The notes beneath the pieces are model-generated. The model ran no database searches. It worked only from the letters and a program-made list of their open reading frames with translations, and had not been told where the DNA came from. From Fistulifera solaris (Eukaryota): a stretch of DNA of 64,000 nt. This document shows, piece by piece, positions 9,555-22,253 of the stretch (the first letter of the stretch is position 1; every line of letters starts with the position of its first letter). Position numbers and translations under genes: made by a program. The stretch spans positions 2,294,001-2,358,000 of the forward strand of contig AP026123.1 in NCBI GenBank assembly GCA_030295235.1. The letters run 5' to 3'.

Positions 9555-11254
9555 ATGAAATCGCTCTCCCAATGGATTCTCGCTTCATTGTGCGCATCGG
9601 CTGCCGCACTCTTGAAAGAAGATGCTCGAATGGTACGACGATCGGATCTTTCTGTGTCTCATTGTGTATCCGACGATCACTCACTCACTCATGCACTTAG
9701 ATGGCGTACGTCGGAAACTGGCAAACCTGTCCCTCGGAGGCTCAGCTCGAACAATACACGCACATTGCGATCGGATTCGCGGTCACGTATACGTATGCGG
9801 AGCCGAAGAATTTGTGCAGTGAAACGTGCGTCATCGAAGTACCGTTGATTTGTGAAAATCAGGCGGATCCTAGCATTATCAGCGACTGGAAGTCTCGCGG
9901 CATTAAAGTATTACTGAGTTTTGGAGGAGCGGGTATGGGTGGAAGTTGGGAAGGAGATGTCAACGATTGCTGGAAATACTGCTTCGGCCGAGAAGATTAT
10001 GTGATCGGTCGTTTGGTCGAATTGGTGAATACGATGAACCTTGACGGCATCGATTTGGATTATGAATACTTTCTAGAAGATGAACCCGAACGAGGATTTA
10101 CAGAAGGGGCTGCGGCAATCAACTTTCTCGAAACTGTGACCGTTGGATTACGACAACAGATGCCCGATAAGATTCTGACGCATGCGCCGATGGATGTCGA
10201 CGCGGTGGCAGGAACGGCCTACTATGAAATGTTGGGACGCATTGCTTATACCATGGATTTTATCATGCCGCAATATTACAACGGTGTCACTCGACCCAAT
10301 GTGGACGGCTTCATGAATCAAGTACAAGGGGAAATGTCACCCTTGGATCATTACAACGGCCTGTTGCCTTTGTTTGAATACGATCCTACTCGTATCGTAT
10401 TTGGGTTTTGCATCAATGATTGTGGAGGTGAGTGATAGATGAGAACGGCTGCTTTGTGAGTATGAGTGTTCGAAGTGTCTCAACTTTGCTTGACAGGTAC
10501 CGGCTCGAACTCGGATGCAACCCAGGCCTCAACTGTCATCACTGAGCTAGAAAGTCAATTTCCCTGTCATGGCGGAGCTTTCTTCTGGGTAAACTTAGAC
10601 GATACAAATGGAGATTGGTCGAGAGGTGTCAATCAAGCTCTGTCTTTTAATCGCGGATGCACCAATATTGGTGGCGTAAGCCCTACTCCCCCTCCTCTTG
10701 CCGTCCCTGTGTCTGTTCCTGTCGCTCTTCCGGCTCCCACGTCTCCAATCGGGGTTTCTCCCGTTCCTGTCGCTCTTCCGATCCCTTCGTCTCCGATAGG
10801 CATTTCCCCTGTTACAGTTCCGATTCCAATTCCTACACCAGCCCTTCCATCCGCTCCTATCGCCTTTCCGAGCCCTTTGTCTCCGATAGGTATTTCACCT
10901 GTAACAGTTCCGATTCCTATCCCTACATCCGCCCTTCCTTCCGTTCCTGTAACAAGTCCTATATCAAGCCCTCTTTCCCCCAGTTTGCCTGTTGGGACTC
11001 CAACTCCCACATTCCCGGTAATAAACTCCGCACCGCCCGCCGTGACTCCGGCTACAACGACTTTGGAACCCACCGAGCTTTTAACACCGACAGCGAGTCC
11101 CATTGGCATGGTCAGCATTGGTAACGGCTCGGTGACCGATCCCAATGAACCCAATTTTTATGATCCCAACAACTCTCTGTCCTATGCGGTTTCGTCATTT
11201 CAAGCAAGCCTTCTTCTCGTTCCAACTCTGGTTACATGGGCTTTATTGATGTAA
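9555..11254 (+). CDS. GH18 chitinase, secreted, with a Pro/Ser/Thr-rich stalk and probable GPI-anchor signal; introns 9633-9700 and 10428-10496
   Basis: Signal peptide MKSLSQWILASLCASAAA; LLSFGGA and catalytic NLDGIDLDYEY (DxxDxDxE); MPQYYN; GT-AG introns restore the frame; hydrophobic C-terminus ASLLLVPTLVTWALLM. Confidence 0.9.
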
Positions 11255-11377
11255 TACATGCTTCAATTAGATACTATGTTTTTATTTAGTGAATCAAATA
11301 CAGTTCATCGCTATGCGTCAATGTCTGTCTGTTATCGCACACCACAGAATATTTCTTCCCTTAGCCATTGCAAATGC

Positions 11378-12238
11378 TTACTCGACTTCCATGGCCGTCT
11401 CTCCTCCCGCCGCAACGACCGGATGAGGCTTGAATTCACTCTTAATAATCGGTGTCAAACCCGGTCGCATGTTCAATCGTCCGGAACGTTGCACCTGCGC
11501 GCGCAGCGGAGCCAATTCATTGGGTTTGACCGCATTGCGACGATAATCGACCGTTCCGTCCGTCTTAATGATGCAAATATCGCAATTCGAGCCCGAACCC
11601 AGGTCATTGAAAATACCGGCACCGATCGCGCGCTGCACCAACTGCACGGCCATGTCTTCCGTCATGTTCTCTTGCCAGCTGCTTTCCAGAACCGCCATGG
11701 CCGCCAACGACCCACTTCCCATACTGGTATACGGGAGTTTCGCGGTACTGCCGTGCGGATAGATTTGATAAATGTGCGGTCCTTGCAGGTCACAGCCGCC
11801 CAACACGAGTGCCGCACTCACGTGACCTTGATAACGGAACAGCATGCGCTTGAGCAACGTCACGGCCGTCACGAGACGCGATGGACGTGCCGTATCCATG
11901 CGCAACAATTCGAGTTGACGCGAAATGAGTGCCGTGGTGTTTTCCGTGTCCGCGGCCGTTCCGGCACCGCAACAGTACATGTTGGGAGCAATGTAATGAA
12001 TCTTTTCGCAATTGCGTTCCGCGACTTCCGTGTCATTCGTGGCTCGCGTATCGGCACCCAAGACGACTCCTCCCGCGTAGACGGTTCCGACAATGGTAGT
12101 TCCGGTCTTTTTGGCTTTCAACTTGGGGGCAGCGCCGTCCGTTTGCAGCAAATTTTGATTGCGGAGGTAGTTGGAGAAATCGAAACCAGCGGCTGGTTCG
12201 TGTAGATTGTTAGCGTTCATTTGCGAGCCTGCTGTCAT
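11378..12238 (-). CDS. PSMB7: 20S proteasome subunit beta type-7 (beta2)
   Basis: Propeptide [10 protein letters not shown], then KTG|TTIVG with catalytic Thr, [36 protein letters not shown]. Confidence 0.95.
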   Translation of the reverse strand: MTAGSQMNANNLHEPAAGFDFSNYLRNQNLLQTDGAAPKLKAKKTGTTIVGTVYAGGVVLGADTRATNDTEVAERNCEKIHYIAPNMYCCGAGTAADTENTTALISRQLELLRMDTARPSRLVTAVTLLKRMLFRYQGHVSAALVLGGCDLQGPHIYQIYPHGSTAKLPYTSMGSGSLAAMAVLESSWQENMTEDMAVQLVQRAIGAGIFNDLGSGSNCDICIIKTDGTVDYRRNAVKPNELAPLRAQVQRSGRLNMRPGLTPIIKSEFKPHPVVAAGGETAMEVE

Positions 12239-12697
12239 TGTTGCTTACTTGATTGATTTGTATATTAATTATTTAAAAGAAACAAGCGTATGCTAAAGTC
12301 CTGCAGCAATAAACAAAAAAAAAATGCAAGGAGATCATGGTGCAAAAGGCGGCGTTTGACGAAGCAAGAGGATGAGCAAAGATTTCCGGCGTCTGTACGT
12401 CGTGAGTGTCAAAGTCTCAGCGAATCACGAAACATAGTGACCCAAAGCTAGGATAACAAAAGGGCATCGCCATTCCGTCTTTAGATACACTAGCCTTGTA
12501 AAATCTAGACCTACTCAAAGACGCACTTTTATTATTTTCATTAGTCTAGTAAAGATTATCAGGCGAAAATCGCTCGTCTAACCACCAAAAGTGCATGAAA
12601 TTGGTGTGCGAAAAGAAATAAAATAAAAATCTGTTGCACTACTTGAGCTCTTAACTGCTCGTAAAATTAGTTTTTTCTCTAAAATAATAAAACAATC

Positions 12698-13741
12698 TTA
12701 CCACCGCGGACGACCGAACCGAAACCCTCCAAAATGCCCCCTCCCATAATAACCTCGCCGTCGACCACCCATCATATTCATCATGAACATGGCATGCAAT
12801 GGATTGATGCCATTTCGATGACAGAGATACGCCGCCCCCAATACCATGGCTAGAGACGCCAGCGAAGATGCATCCGAAGACGATGGTGTGCTTCCGTAAT
12901 GGGTAGTGCTTCCGTAATGACTATTGTGATGGTGCGTTCCGCGGGGACTCGCTTGGCGATAATCGTTGTAGTAGGACGACGATGGAGGACTGTGATAACT
13001 TTGTCGATACTGATCGTACAAATTGCCTCGTTCGTAATTCCCGTGACGACGATGGTGTGATTCCCATCCGAATCGACCCCCAAACGCGATATAGAGCACC
13101 AACAAACCGATCCCCAATTTCAGTATCTGCTTGGATTCGGACGACAGTTGGTCGTACCACAATGACAACCGGGCTACATAAAATTGCAAACGCTCTTGAA
13201 TCGAAACGGAATCATCGACGGGGTCCTCCCATACGGTTCTTTCAGAATTTTGGGGTTGTGTGGATTGCGGGGATTGTTGTTGTGATTGTGGAGGAGGCAC
13301 ATAGTCGGGATTGATGGGAGGATCGGGTCGATGATCGCGTCGCAATTCCCGCAATAACATTTGCCGTGCCATGGCATTCCCCGGATCCAATCGCAACGCC
13401 GTCTGCAAGGCATTGCACGCATCGTTGCTGTGTCCTCCCAGCGCCACGAGCGCGGAAGCGAGCCGCACATGACCTTTCGCCCAAGCTGGATTCAATGCGA
13501 CACATTGTTTCGCTTCTTGGACCGCCAGTTCCGCCGAATCTCCTATCTTCAATCGACAAGCCACGATATTCGATAAAATGATCTGTTGTTCTTGACGGGG
13601 CGCTTCTAACACAGGATCGAGAGCCGCTTGATATTCTCGCAGCGCTTCCGCGTATTGTTGTCCTTCGTACAGTTCTTTGCCTCTATTTTTGTGGCTGAGC
13701 CACGAGTCTCTTCGCTGCGATGATTCAAAGGGGTATCTCAT
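12698..13741 (-). CDS. TPR-repeat membrane protein of unknown function
   Basis: TPR helices KNRGKELYEGQQYAEALREY, AKQCVALNPAWAKGHVRLA, ALRLDPGN; one or two hydrophobic segments; RG-rich tail. First ATG at 13741. Confidence 0.75.
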   Translation of the reverse strand: MRYPFESSQRRDSWLSHKNRGKELYEGQQYAEALREYQAALDPVLEAPRQEQQIILSNIVACRLKIGDSAELAVQEAKQCVALNPAWAKGHVRLASALVALGGHSNDACNALQTALRLDPGNAMARQMLLRELRRDHRPDPPINPDYVPPPQSQQQSPQSTQPQNSERTVWEDPVDDSVSIQERLQFYVARLSLWYDQLSSESKQILKLGIGLLVLYIAFGGRFGWESHHRRHGNYERGNLYDQYRQSYHSPPSSSYYNDYRQASPRGTHHHNSHYGSTTHYGSTPSSSDASSLASLAMVLGAAYLCHRNGINPLHAMFMMNMMGGRRRGYYGRGHFGGFRFGRPRW

Positions 13742-13993
13742 AATTGAATATTGTACTCCGTATTGATTTTGTGGATTGGTTATGACAAGATGAAAAGCTC
13801 TTTTAATGTTGCTTTTGTTCTGCAACGAGAAAAAAAGAGGAACAAGGGCGCGTCGCGTCAAAGTCAAAACGGTTATTCATTCACGTTTTCACGATCCAAG
13901 TATCGCTCGCATCGGCACTAAATTAGCTAAGTTTCAATTGCCGTTTCCACGTGGAGAAAAAGGAGTACTCCGTAGCGGGCAAAAAGAGGGAGG

Positions 13994-14021
13994 ACGAACG
14001 ACGAACGACGAACGACGAACG
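13994..14021. repeat. (ACGAACG)x4 tandem repeat in a divergent promoter
   Basis: Four exact 7-bp units read directly. Confidence 0.85.
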
Positions 14022-14147
14022 CGACAACTCTCAACAATGTAATGAGTAATGAGGATTATTACGGCGCAATTCAATAGCAATTGATAGTCCTTCTTCTTAT
14101 ATTCTTTTTACCTTTATCTTTTTAAATTGAAAACATAAAAGTCAAGC

Positions 14148-15200
14148 ATGAGAACGTGTTTGCTGTCATCTCTGCTGTTACTGCTCGGTGAAAGCAGCGG
14201 ATATTCACTGTGGGATGCTCAAAAAGCGGCACGCAGTCTCGTTTCACCCAATCAATCGCTCTTTCGTCCTCCTATGACAATGTTACAACGCGATACCATT
14301 CAAATGCCGAGTACAACTCCAATGGTTCCTTTTAAGGTAATTTTTGGTTGAGCTGGAATCACTGTGACGTTGTTTATCTCTCTAATTGCTTCTCATTCGA
14401 CTGATGTTCTCATTCATTTATGTCTTTCGCAACTCTTTCACTAGCCCCCCGGTTCCGATTACGCCCAATTTATCGACATCGAGTCCGCCATGTACCGCGA
14501 TCGAACCATGTTCATTGCTAAATATATTGACGACCAAGCTGCGAACAGTATTATCAGCATCATGCTCTACTTGCGCAACGAAAGTCCCCGTTCTCCCATC
14601 AGCATGTATTTCAATGTCCCCGGAGCCAATCTCCGACCCGCCTTGGCTATTTACGATTTGATGCAGAATACGAAGAAAAATTGTGAAATCCAAACGGTCA
14701 ATTTGGCCTTGACGGCGGGAATGGGGTCAATATTGTGTGCGGCGGGCACGAAAGGGCAACGCAGTGCCTTGCCGAATGCGCGTTTCTTATTGCACCGGAC
14801 CGGGATGGATCAAGTGTTTCGGGGACAAGCGACAGATATTGCGCTTGAAGTCAAGAATTTGAAGCAGGCGAATGATCGAATGGAACAGGAATTGGCGCTG
14901 TTGACGGGTCAACCGGTGGATCGAATTCAGCAGGATTTGAAACGTGATTTTTACTTGTTTGCCGATGAAGCTGTCCAGTATGGATTGATTGATCAAGTGT
15001 TATTGCCATCACCGAGGAAACGTGCAGCTCGAGGACAAGAAGCTAATTTGGGCGCCTTTGAAGGTGAAGAAGAACAGCGTTATCAGAGCGGTGATCAGCA
15101 GCAAAAGGATGGTGGATGGGGCAGTCGACAACAGCCGCCTGGTACCAACAACAATAACAACAGAGATGACGACGATGAACCGAAAATCGCCAAAGGATAA
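14148..15200 (+). CDS. clpR: Plastid-targeted ClpP-family subunit, probably non-catalytic ClpR type; intron 14337-14444
   Basis: Signal peptide; MYRDRTMF, ISMYFNVPG, ALAIYDLM, RSALPNAR, RDFYLFADEAVQYGLIDQV. The nucleophile position reads AGMGS instead of ASMGS. Confidence 0.8.
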
Positions 15201-15518
15201 AGCAATGACTAAAAATGTAGTTTGTCTCTTTTTTACGACAATATGACCCATCGATTACCACACTGCTACGATTATCTTGGGTTAATTACATTGAGCTCTC
15301 CGTAAATCACAACGAGCTTCCTTTCACAAGCCAGTTACGCGGAGAAAACGACAAGGCCTGCTTTCCGTTTTATATCCATGTTCAGTGTATTACTCGACAC
15401 ACATGCACAATCTAAACTTCAAACGCGTCAAAGGTATACTCCTAATTCGTGCACAACTTACTAAAAAACTAAAGAATGATTTTTCTAGAAAACGTAACAA
15501 TCTATGTGAGAAATAAAT

Positions 15519-16242
15519 CTAACCAAGGAAATGTTCAATAATTCCCTTGCCATCAGCCAACTCTTGCGCCAAGAAACCGGCGGCGGCGAGCATGGCCAGA
15601 CGTCCGTTCTGCAATTCCTTGTTTTGCATGGCCAAAAGGGCCTCGGGTTCCGCAGGCTTCAAGCCAAGAGGGTCGAATCCCAAGTCACCGGGGGTGTAGT
15701 CGGTGCGCAAGAGTCCCGGCTTGTCAACGGGGACGTCACGGGGAGGAACCCAGCCGTATTGGGCACGGTCGAGCTCGAGCTTGGCAATGGAGATGGCCAA
15801 AAGAGTCCAGAAAGGAGCAGGGACCTGAGCCAAGTGGGTAATGGCGGGTCCCGAGATTTGGGAGTCGAAAAGGAACGACGATCCTTCAACCTTCTCACCG
15901 ACGAGGAAACCGACGGTGGCCAACATGGCCACACGTCCGTGGGTGAGTTCGGCTTCACGGTATCGCTTCAAGGTGTTGGCATCCGCCTTGGCAGCAAGTC
16001 CGAGGGGATCGAAGATTCCTACCGGAGGAAGAGCACCAGGGATCTCGTCAACGGAGAACGACTGTAAAGGTTAGGCAGGAGGTGAGAATCTTGTCATCGA
16101 TAACCGTCAATCGATAAGATACGCGATGAAGACTTACCGGAGCAGCAACGGCGGCAGGAGCGGCAGCCTTCTTGGGGCTGAAGGCATTGAAGGCCGAAGC
16201 CGAAGAGGCGAGAAGGGCGATGGCAGAGAGAGTGAGCTTCAT
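15519..16242 (-). CDS. LHCX: LHCX (LI818-type) fucoxanthin-chlorophyll a/c protein, Lhcx3-like; intron 16062-16137
   Basis: MKLTLSAIALLASSASA-FNAF bipartite signal; FDPLG, RYREAELTHGRVAMLA, VEGSSFLFD, GWV.P.DVPVDKPGLLR, KELQNGRLAMLA. Spliced frame checked (105 + 543 nt). Confidence 0.93.
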
Positions 16243-16491
16243 GTTGTTGGTAGTATTTGAGAGATGAAAGTCGTCGGTTGGCAAAATTTATGAATCTTTT
16301 GGAGTGAGAAGAAAAAAAGTGATGGGCCGGAGTTGGCTTGCGGCCGTCGTGTGAGTCGGAATTCTTTCGTCAGAATAATGTCTGAGCTTGGGTACACACT
16401 GAATTCGAAAGTACATGACCGGATCACGGTTTCTGATCAGAAGTACGCACTTCGACTTAGTCATTCCAGTTTGGCTGCCTCATTGGGTGCA

Positions 16492-16504
16492 TGACGTATG
16501 ACGT
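16492..16504. promoter_or_regulatory. Tandem TGACGT motifs (candidate aureochrome/bZIP site) about 250 bp upstream of LHCX
   Basis: TGACGT at 16492-16497 and 16499-16504. Confidence 0.5.
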
Positions 16505-16920
16505 GGATGAATGATGTAGTTCAATGCAGACGTGTTAAGACTGAGTCACGTATCACCGACTGACGACTGACGACCCGATCTTGTCACACTCGTGAATTAC
16601 TGTTCGCGATTAAGTTTAACGTCTTTTTAACGGAAAATGGCCGATCCGACAACTGTATGACCTACAACCTAAAACGCATAAACCGTTTCTCGCCTAAGTA
16701 CTTGTAAGGTTACTCGGAATATGATGCATACGTAGTAGTAACATGCCTGGCTCGCTCGGAAAAGTGAGCAGAAACCTTTCAACATCAACACACAAAAAAG
16801 AGCACAAAAAGACCGACAAAGTCAAAAGGTCAAGGACAAAGATCAATGTCTGATCGATCAAAACGGATTGCATATCGTGTTTTATGCTAGGCTGCCAGAA
16901 TATTGATACTCAAATTCAAG

Positions 16921-18239
16921 ATGAGAGTCCTCCCGCTCCCTTCATGGCGACGTGCAGCTTTCTCGGAAGCAAGACAAAGAAACCGGTCTTCCAAACAGTC
17001 AACGAAAAGCAATCTAACGTTGGGGATCTGTTGTGTTTGTCTCGGGTTGGCTTTACTCGGTTTATGGAAAAGCAATGAGCTGACAGTGGGTCAGAAATTC
17101 GACTTTGCGGAGGCGAACGGATGTTCGCGAAAGAGCAGGGCCGGAGGCAAGAAATGTCCGTGTCGGATCGCTATCACCAATTCCGTCACCTATCATTACG
17201 AGATTCTGGAATCCATCGCATCGCAACTACCTCTGCGATTTTTCAACTTGGAGGATGCCGACTGTGATAAGACCAATTTAATATCCGATTTCTTCATTGT
17301 GCAATATCGGCCTCCTCCTCGGTTCTGGGAGTATTATAGGCTCGACATGGTCTATAGAATGTTGGTGCCGAACCAACTCGCGGTCTCGTTTGCTTCGTAC
17401 TTTGAGTCTGAAATAAAGGGTATGACGGTTGTCGACGATGCAGCATCACCCAAAGTTACGCGGACGATCGGCGCGTTGACTGTGCAAAGAAAGAATCATG
17501 AACAAAAGCCCATCGAAGTGGAAGGTTATGACGCTATCATTGAAGCTTCGTGTCCTTGCTCGTCCTACAATCTATTTTCCTTGCAACACGACCGGACACG
17601 GTCTTGCATTTTCACGAAACATGTCCATCGGTCGAGAATCATCCGCGGGCCGTTTGGGTGAGTCCATATCACGCCAATTTCTTCATTCCGACCCAGTTAC
17701 CAAAAGTAGCAGCCGCAAGAGCACGTGCTGCTGGAGCGCCCTTGGGTCTTTGCGTCATTGGCACCGTGCATCGAAGAAGTTGGAGATTACTCGCGGCATA
17801 TTTGGATCAATTTACAAGGAACACCGGCAGATCGTCACCTTTATCTTTGAGCGTCGAAATTATGGGCGTTGGACGATTCCCCGAAGAACTTTTTCCTTAT
17901 AAGAGCATGATTCGGCTGTCTGCGCCTCCTGGTTACGTGGGATTTCACCAGCAGGTAGAAGACGACTGTGACGCTATCTTGTTGTTATTAACCAAGCAAG
18001 ACCAGCCGCAATATTTCGAGGGTCCAGAAAGTCTTCTTCGATTGACGGGTGCGATTCCCTTGGTCATGGCGTATCAGAAGCCAGTTCTTTTGCACGAAGA
18101 GCTGTACAGACATTACGAAAAGTTCTTTCCTTCCGATTTGGTGGCTGTCACTCACGAGGATGACACAAGTAGCTTTGTGAAGGCCGCGTCGGACTTGATT
18201 GAAAAGTTGTCGAACAATAATCTGGTTCAAAGCATTTAA
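16921..18239 (+). CDS. Hypothetical type II membrane protein (possibly glycosyltransferase-like); frameshift near 17610
   Basis: N-terminal TM LTLGICCVCLGLALLGLW; ORFs 16903-17661 and 17550-18239 overlap in different frames; HYEILES and RLTGAIPLVMAYQKP motifs. Confidence 0.6.
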
Positions 18240-18463
18240 GGACGACGTAATGCAAAAAACACTCTCACTACATCGCTGCAACGTGATGTTTATAACAATT
18301 TCACGACAGACAAATTGACGACAGACGGACTTCCGGTGTGCATGATGATTGATAGATAAGTATAAAGGAGATGCATTCTCGACTGAAACGTCTACCTCGA
18401 TCAAGTTCAACAAAACAATCGACCGTATATCCCTCGATCGCCAGGCCTACACGTTACATGTCT

Positions 18464-19553
18464 TTAGTCGAGCTTCTTTTGTGTGGACGTTTCCTTTGTG
18501 GGCGCAAAGTGGAAAATGGCTCGCTTAATGGTGTCCGCGACGGCGACTGGTAACATCGAAAGTGCCCTCCACAGGATCTTCGCATCTGATCCTACCCAAT
18601 AATATGGCTCGATCTCGTTGCTGGGCAATGTAAGAATGTCATTCAAGACTTCGATCACCATGCTTGGATCTCCTATGATTGCTGAGGACTGTTTATTGAT
18701 GTTTTGAAAGGTATCAAGGACTTGATTACGAAAGGCTCCTCCTCCGTACAATTCCTGAATGGTTGTGGGGGCGGCGTCAAAGTTTTTCACATAATTTGTC
18801 TGCCAATCGACTTGAATCTGCGTCCGAATTTGTCCCGGTCGAATTTTGGTGACGGCAATATCAAAGGGTGCCAATTCGGTGCGCAATGCATCACTCCACG
18901 CTTCGACCGCGAATTTACTGGCACTGTATCCGGCATTGCTGGGACTCGCGACGGCTCCGCACACTGAGCTCATATTCAGAATTCGAGCTCCGTGGCTTGA
19001 TGTGCGCAACATGATCGGTAGTAGGGCTTGTGTAACACGGAGCATGCCGAAAAAGTTGACATCCATGATATTACGGTATGTACTTATGGTTGGATCGAAA
19101 AGAAAGTCACTGGGGTCCGCTATGGCAGCATTGTTAACAATTGCGTACAATGCACTGTTGGGGTCCTTTGATAACAACTCTTCGACCGCATGTGCCATTT
19201 GCTTAATTTCCATCTCATCTGTTACAATTGCATTGAATTGCCAAGTGATGCTTCGCCAAGACAGCTCGCAATTCCGTCACGGCCTCGGACGTGAGGGCCA
19301 GTGCTACGACCAAGAAATCACTCGAGGATGCAAGATGCTCCGCGAGCAAACGTCCAATGCCTCGATCACAACCCGTAATAACAACAACACGTCGTACAAC
19401 AACATGCTGCTCTTGTTTCTTGCGAAGCCAAGCTTGTAACTGTTTCCAAGCATGATAGTAACAAAACAAACAGCAAACGATCGCCACAGCAACCAGTTCG
19501 AAAAAACCTTTTATGAAAAGACTAGGTCGAGCACTAGAGCCGAACATCGTCAT
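18464..19553 (-). CDS. Short-chain dehydrogenase/reductase (retinol/17-beta-HSD-like) with an N-terminal membrane anchor; frameshift near 19220
   Basis: VVITGCDRGIG, VNNAAI, MDVNFFG, NMSS, catalytic YSASK, IRPG. Confidence 0.88.
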
Positions 19554-20038
19554 ATTGTACTTCAAAATGATGAATGTTACGACTTTCAATCAATGATTCG
19601 AAGCTATCGCTCTTCGCACAATTATTCTTTCTTTTTCGTTGTAATGTGTGTGTGTTCGCATTGTTGAAAGTTCTTACATCATGATGCCGTAGATGCTAAG
19701 AAACTGCTTGCACTAAAGTACAATAAGGTAGTATCCTTTGTTGACCGTTGTGACGTGACAGTGACAGCTTCCACTCCAAAATGCGTCGCGCGTCGAGATA
19801 TAGAGACACTCACGGGTGGCGGACGTACGCGTCGCGCCCGTCTTTTCGTTTTCTTCCCCGCAACAACTGCAAAATGTTTTCCCTCAAAAAAAGAGACGGA
19901 GATAGAGTCGGGTTTCTTATTCATCTCATCATAGGCAATACTCGGTTTCTTGTTTTTCCAGGTCTCTTAATGCTTCCCGAATGGATGTGTTAGGTTTGAG
20001 CGTTTTCTTGTTCAAACTTTTACCCTTGAAAAGACACA

Positions 20039-22203
20039 ATGAGCACCGATGAATCATCATCCTTTGCGGCCGCATTGGCCGCTGCCTTGCAAGAAAATGA
20101 ATCGAAAACACCGACACCTGCTGAACTCATACATGAGACGTATGTGAAATTATGCCACGATGATCCGTACGATTTGAATGCGAATGGTTGTGAATTATTG
20201 GCGCAGGAATTATTGAAATCCGAAACGTCCTACGCTCTTTCGTCGCGACTCGTACAAGGTCTGGATCAAGTATTACGACGACCAGCCGATACGGAGAGTT
20301 CACAAACGAAACTCGAACGAGCCGTTTCGTTTTTGGCTTGGACGGTGCATGTTCGAATACCTTGGACTTGTTTGAATCTGATTTGTAGTCCGTCTTCCAA
20401 GTCAGCGGATGAGAGACTACAAACCGCCAAACGATACATGGGATCGTATCGGGGGAGTCACCAATTTTCTAATACTGATGACAATTTACTACAAAAGATG
20501 ACACAGCAATTGAGTATTGCGGAGGACCCTCGAAATCCGACAGAAAATGAGCCACTGGATAATTTGGAATCAAACGAAGGCGAGAACGTCGAAGTGACAG
20601 CAGCAACCCAACAATACCCAAGCACCTTAGAGGAGGAGGAAGAAGAAGTGTGGGCAGCCGAATCCGATCCGGATGACTTTGAATTTGAATCAGGTTATAA
20701 CTATCAAGAAGAACTACAAGGACTCCAGGAATGGGCCGCACAGGCCGTAATCGATCCGCATGCACTCTCCCTGGCATCCGATGATCCAACTTGGTCCGAT
20801 ATTGCGGTAGGAATAGTTTCTTTACTGACTCCGGTGCGGTATAGCTCTCATTTAGCGGCCTTGTCGAACCAAGATTGGAAGGGATCATGGGAGTCCTGTT
20901 AGTGCCCTTGATCCTGTCGCTTTTAGTTCTCCCGGATCAAAATTTAGACTGTCCCATGTGGAGCATGAGTACCAACCATCGAGGTGAATTTCAACGTCTA
21001 GGTTTTCATGTCATGCAAATAATACGTGACGCTGCATCACACCGACCGGACGTACTCCTGACACCTTACATCGAACTACTGCAGAATTTGCTTCAAGTAC
21101 AAACAGCACAAAGTGAACCTGCGAAAAGAGTCTTGCCGGCGGCGTGGGTAGGATTGGGATCCTTATCGGCACTTTGTGATAGCGCGTTGGCTGTGGGAAC
21201 CAACCAGGCATCAATGCTTCCTATTGTGCAAAACGGCATCATTGAATCATGTGAGCAATTAACCTTGTTGCTGGAGCGTTCCCAAGGTGACGCCGAAACT
21301 TATTGCTCGGTCCAGTGGTCCTACCTGTCTCTGATGCGTGCGCTAGCGGTCGATCCCGTTTCTAACATACCTGCTATGGGAAGCGCGCACGGTCAACTCT
21401 TGTTGCAATCGGGTTTATTCCGCCAATGGCTGTTGCACTGGATGAGTCAAAAAAGTAAAGACGACGCAGAAGTGGTTCATGTACACAGGCTGATGCACCA
21501 GACACTGTGGGATTTATGTGCGGCGAGTCCAAACTTGTTGGGAAAGTATGCTTGGAGGTTCCCAAATGTAGCAGCGACCGTTACGAAGGAAACCATGGAG
21601 ATCGGCGTGAACACCCTGTTGTGGAATTTGTTGGGCATTCTTTTGAGCAAAAGTGATGCACCGATATTGAAGCTTCGTAACTCCGTCATAGCGGAACCGC
21701 CCAGTACAGCGGATTGTCAAACCAACGCGTGGTTGGCGTTTCAATCTCTTTGTCGTAGCATGGAGGCTATTTTGCTGCGTTGGCGAAAGAAAGTAGAGGG
21801 AGGAGAATCGAAAAGCGAATCTTCAAGGGAAGAAATGAAAAAAGACATTCACATGGTTAAAGAGTTCGAAACTTTCGTGGGAGTTATAGCGAAGTCGCAG
21901 CTAACGTGCCAACTCCTTTTGGAAGAAATGGTGCCGATGGTAGACGGCAAACACCCTCTCGCAATACTAAAGTCATGTTTACAGCCTCTTAAAGAAGCGC
22001 TGCAAGACTGGCCGTCACAGATTGCAGGTTCCGTTTGCGATAAGGGGCCGAACGATGATGATTCTGATGATGAAAAGGATGGAAGTATCCGCAAACGAAC
22101 ACACGCGCTTCCAATTCAGGAAGTACGGAACTGCATTAAGACGCTTTCTACAATTTTTCTAAGTCATGGGGAAGGCACCCGATCGTCCAGTAAATCTGAT
22201 TGA
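20039..22203 (+). CDS. Hypothetical helical protein; frameshift near 20880
   Basis: Consecutive long ORFs 20039-20902 and 20875-22203 overlapping by 28 nt; no family recognised. Confidence 0.65.
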
Positions 22204-22253
22204 TAAGTGATCAACTGAATCGAGCTGATCGTAAATTCCCGTTGATGTAAAAG

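Noticed and set aside
10680..11100. Repeats and long antisense Gly-rich ORF 10633-11154
   Set aside because: Mirror of the Pro-rich stalk of chitinase 1.
11258..12205. 315-aa + strand ORF
   Set aside because: Antisense shadow of PSMB7 with no protein-like motifs; the same applies to shadows over hcp, LHCX and KCS.
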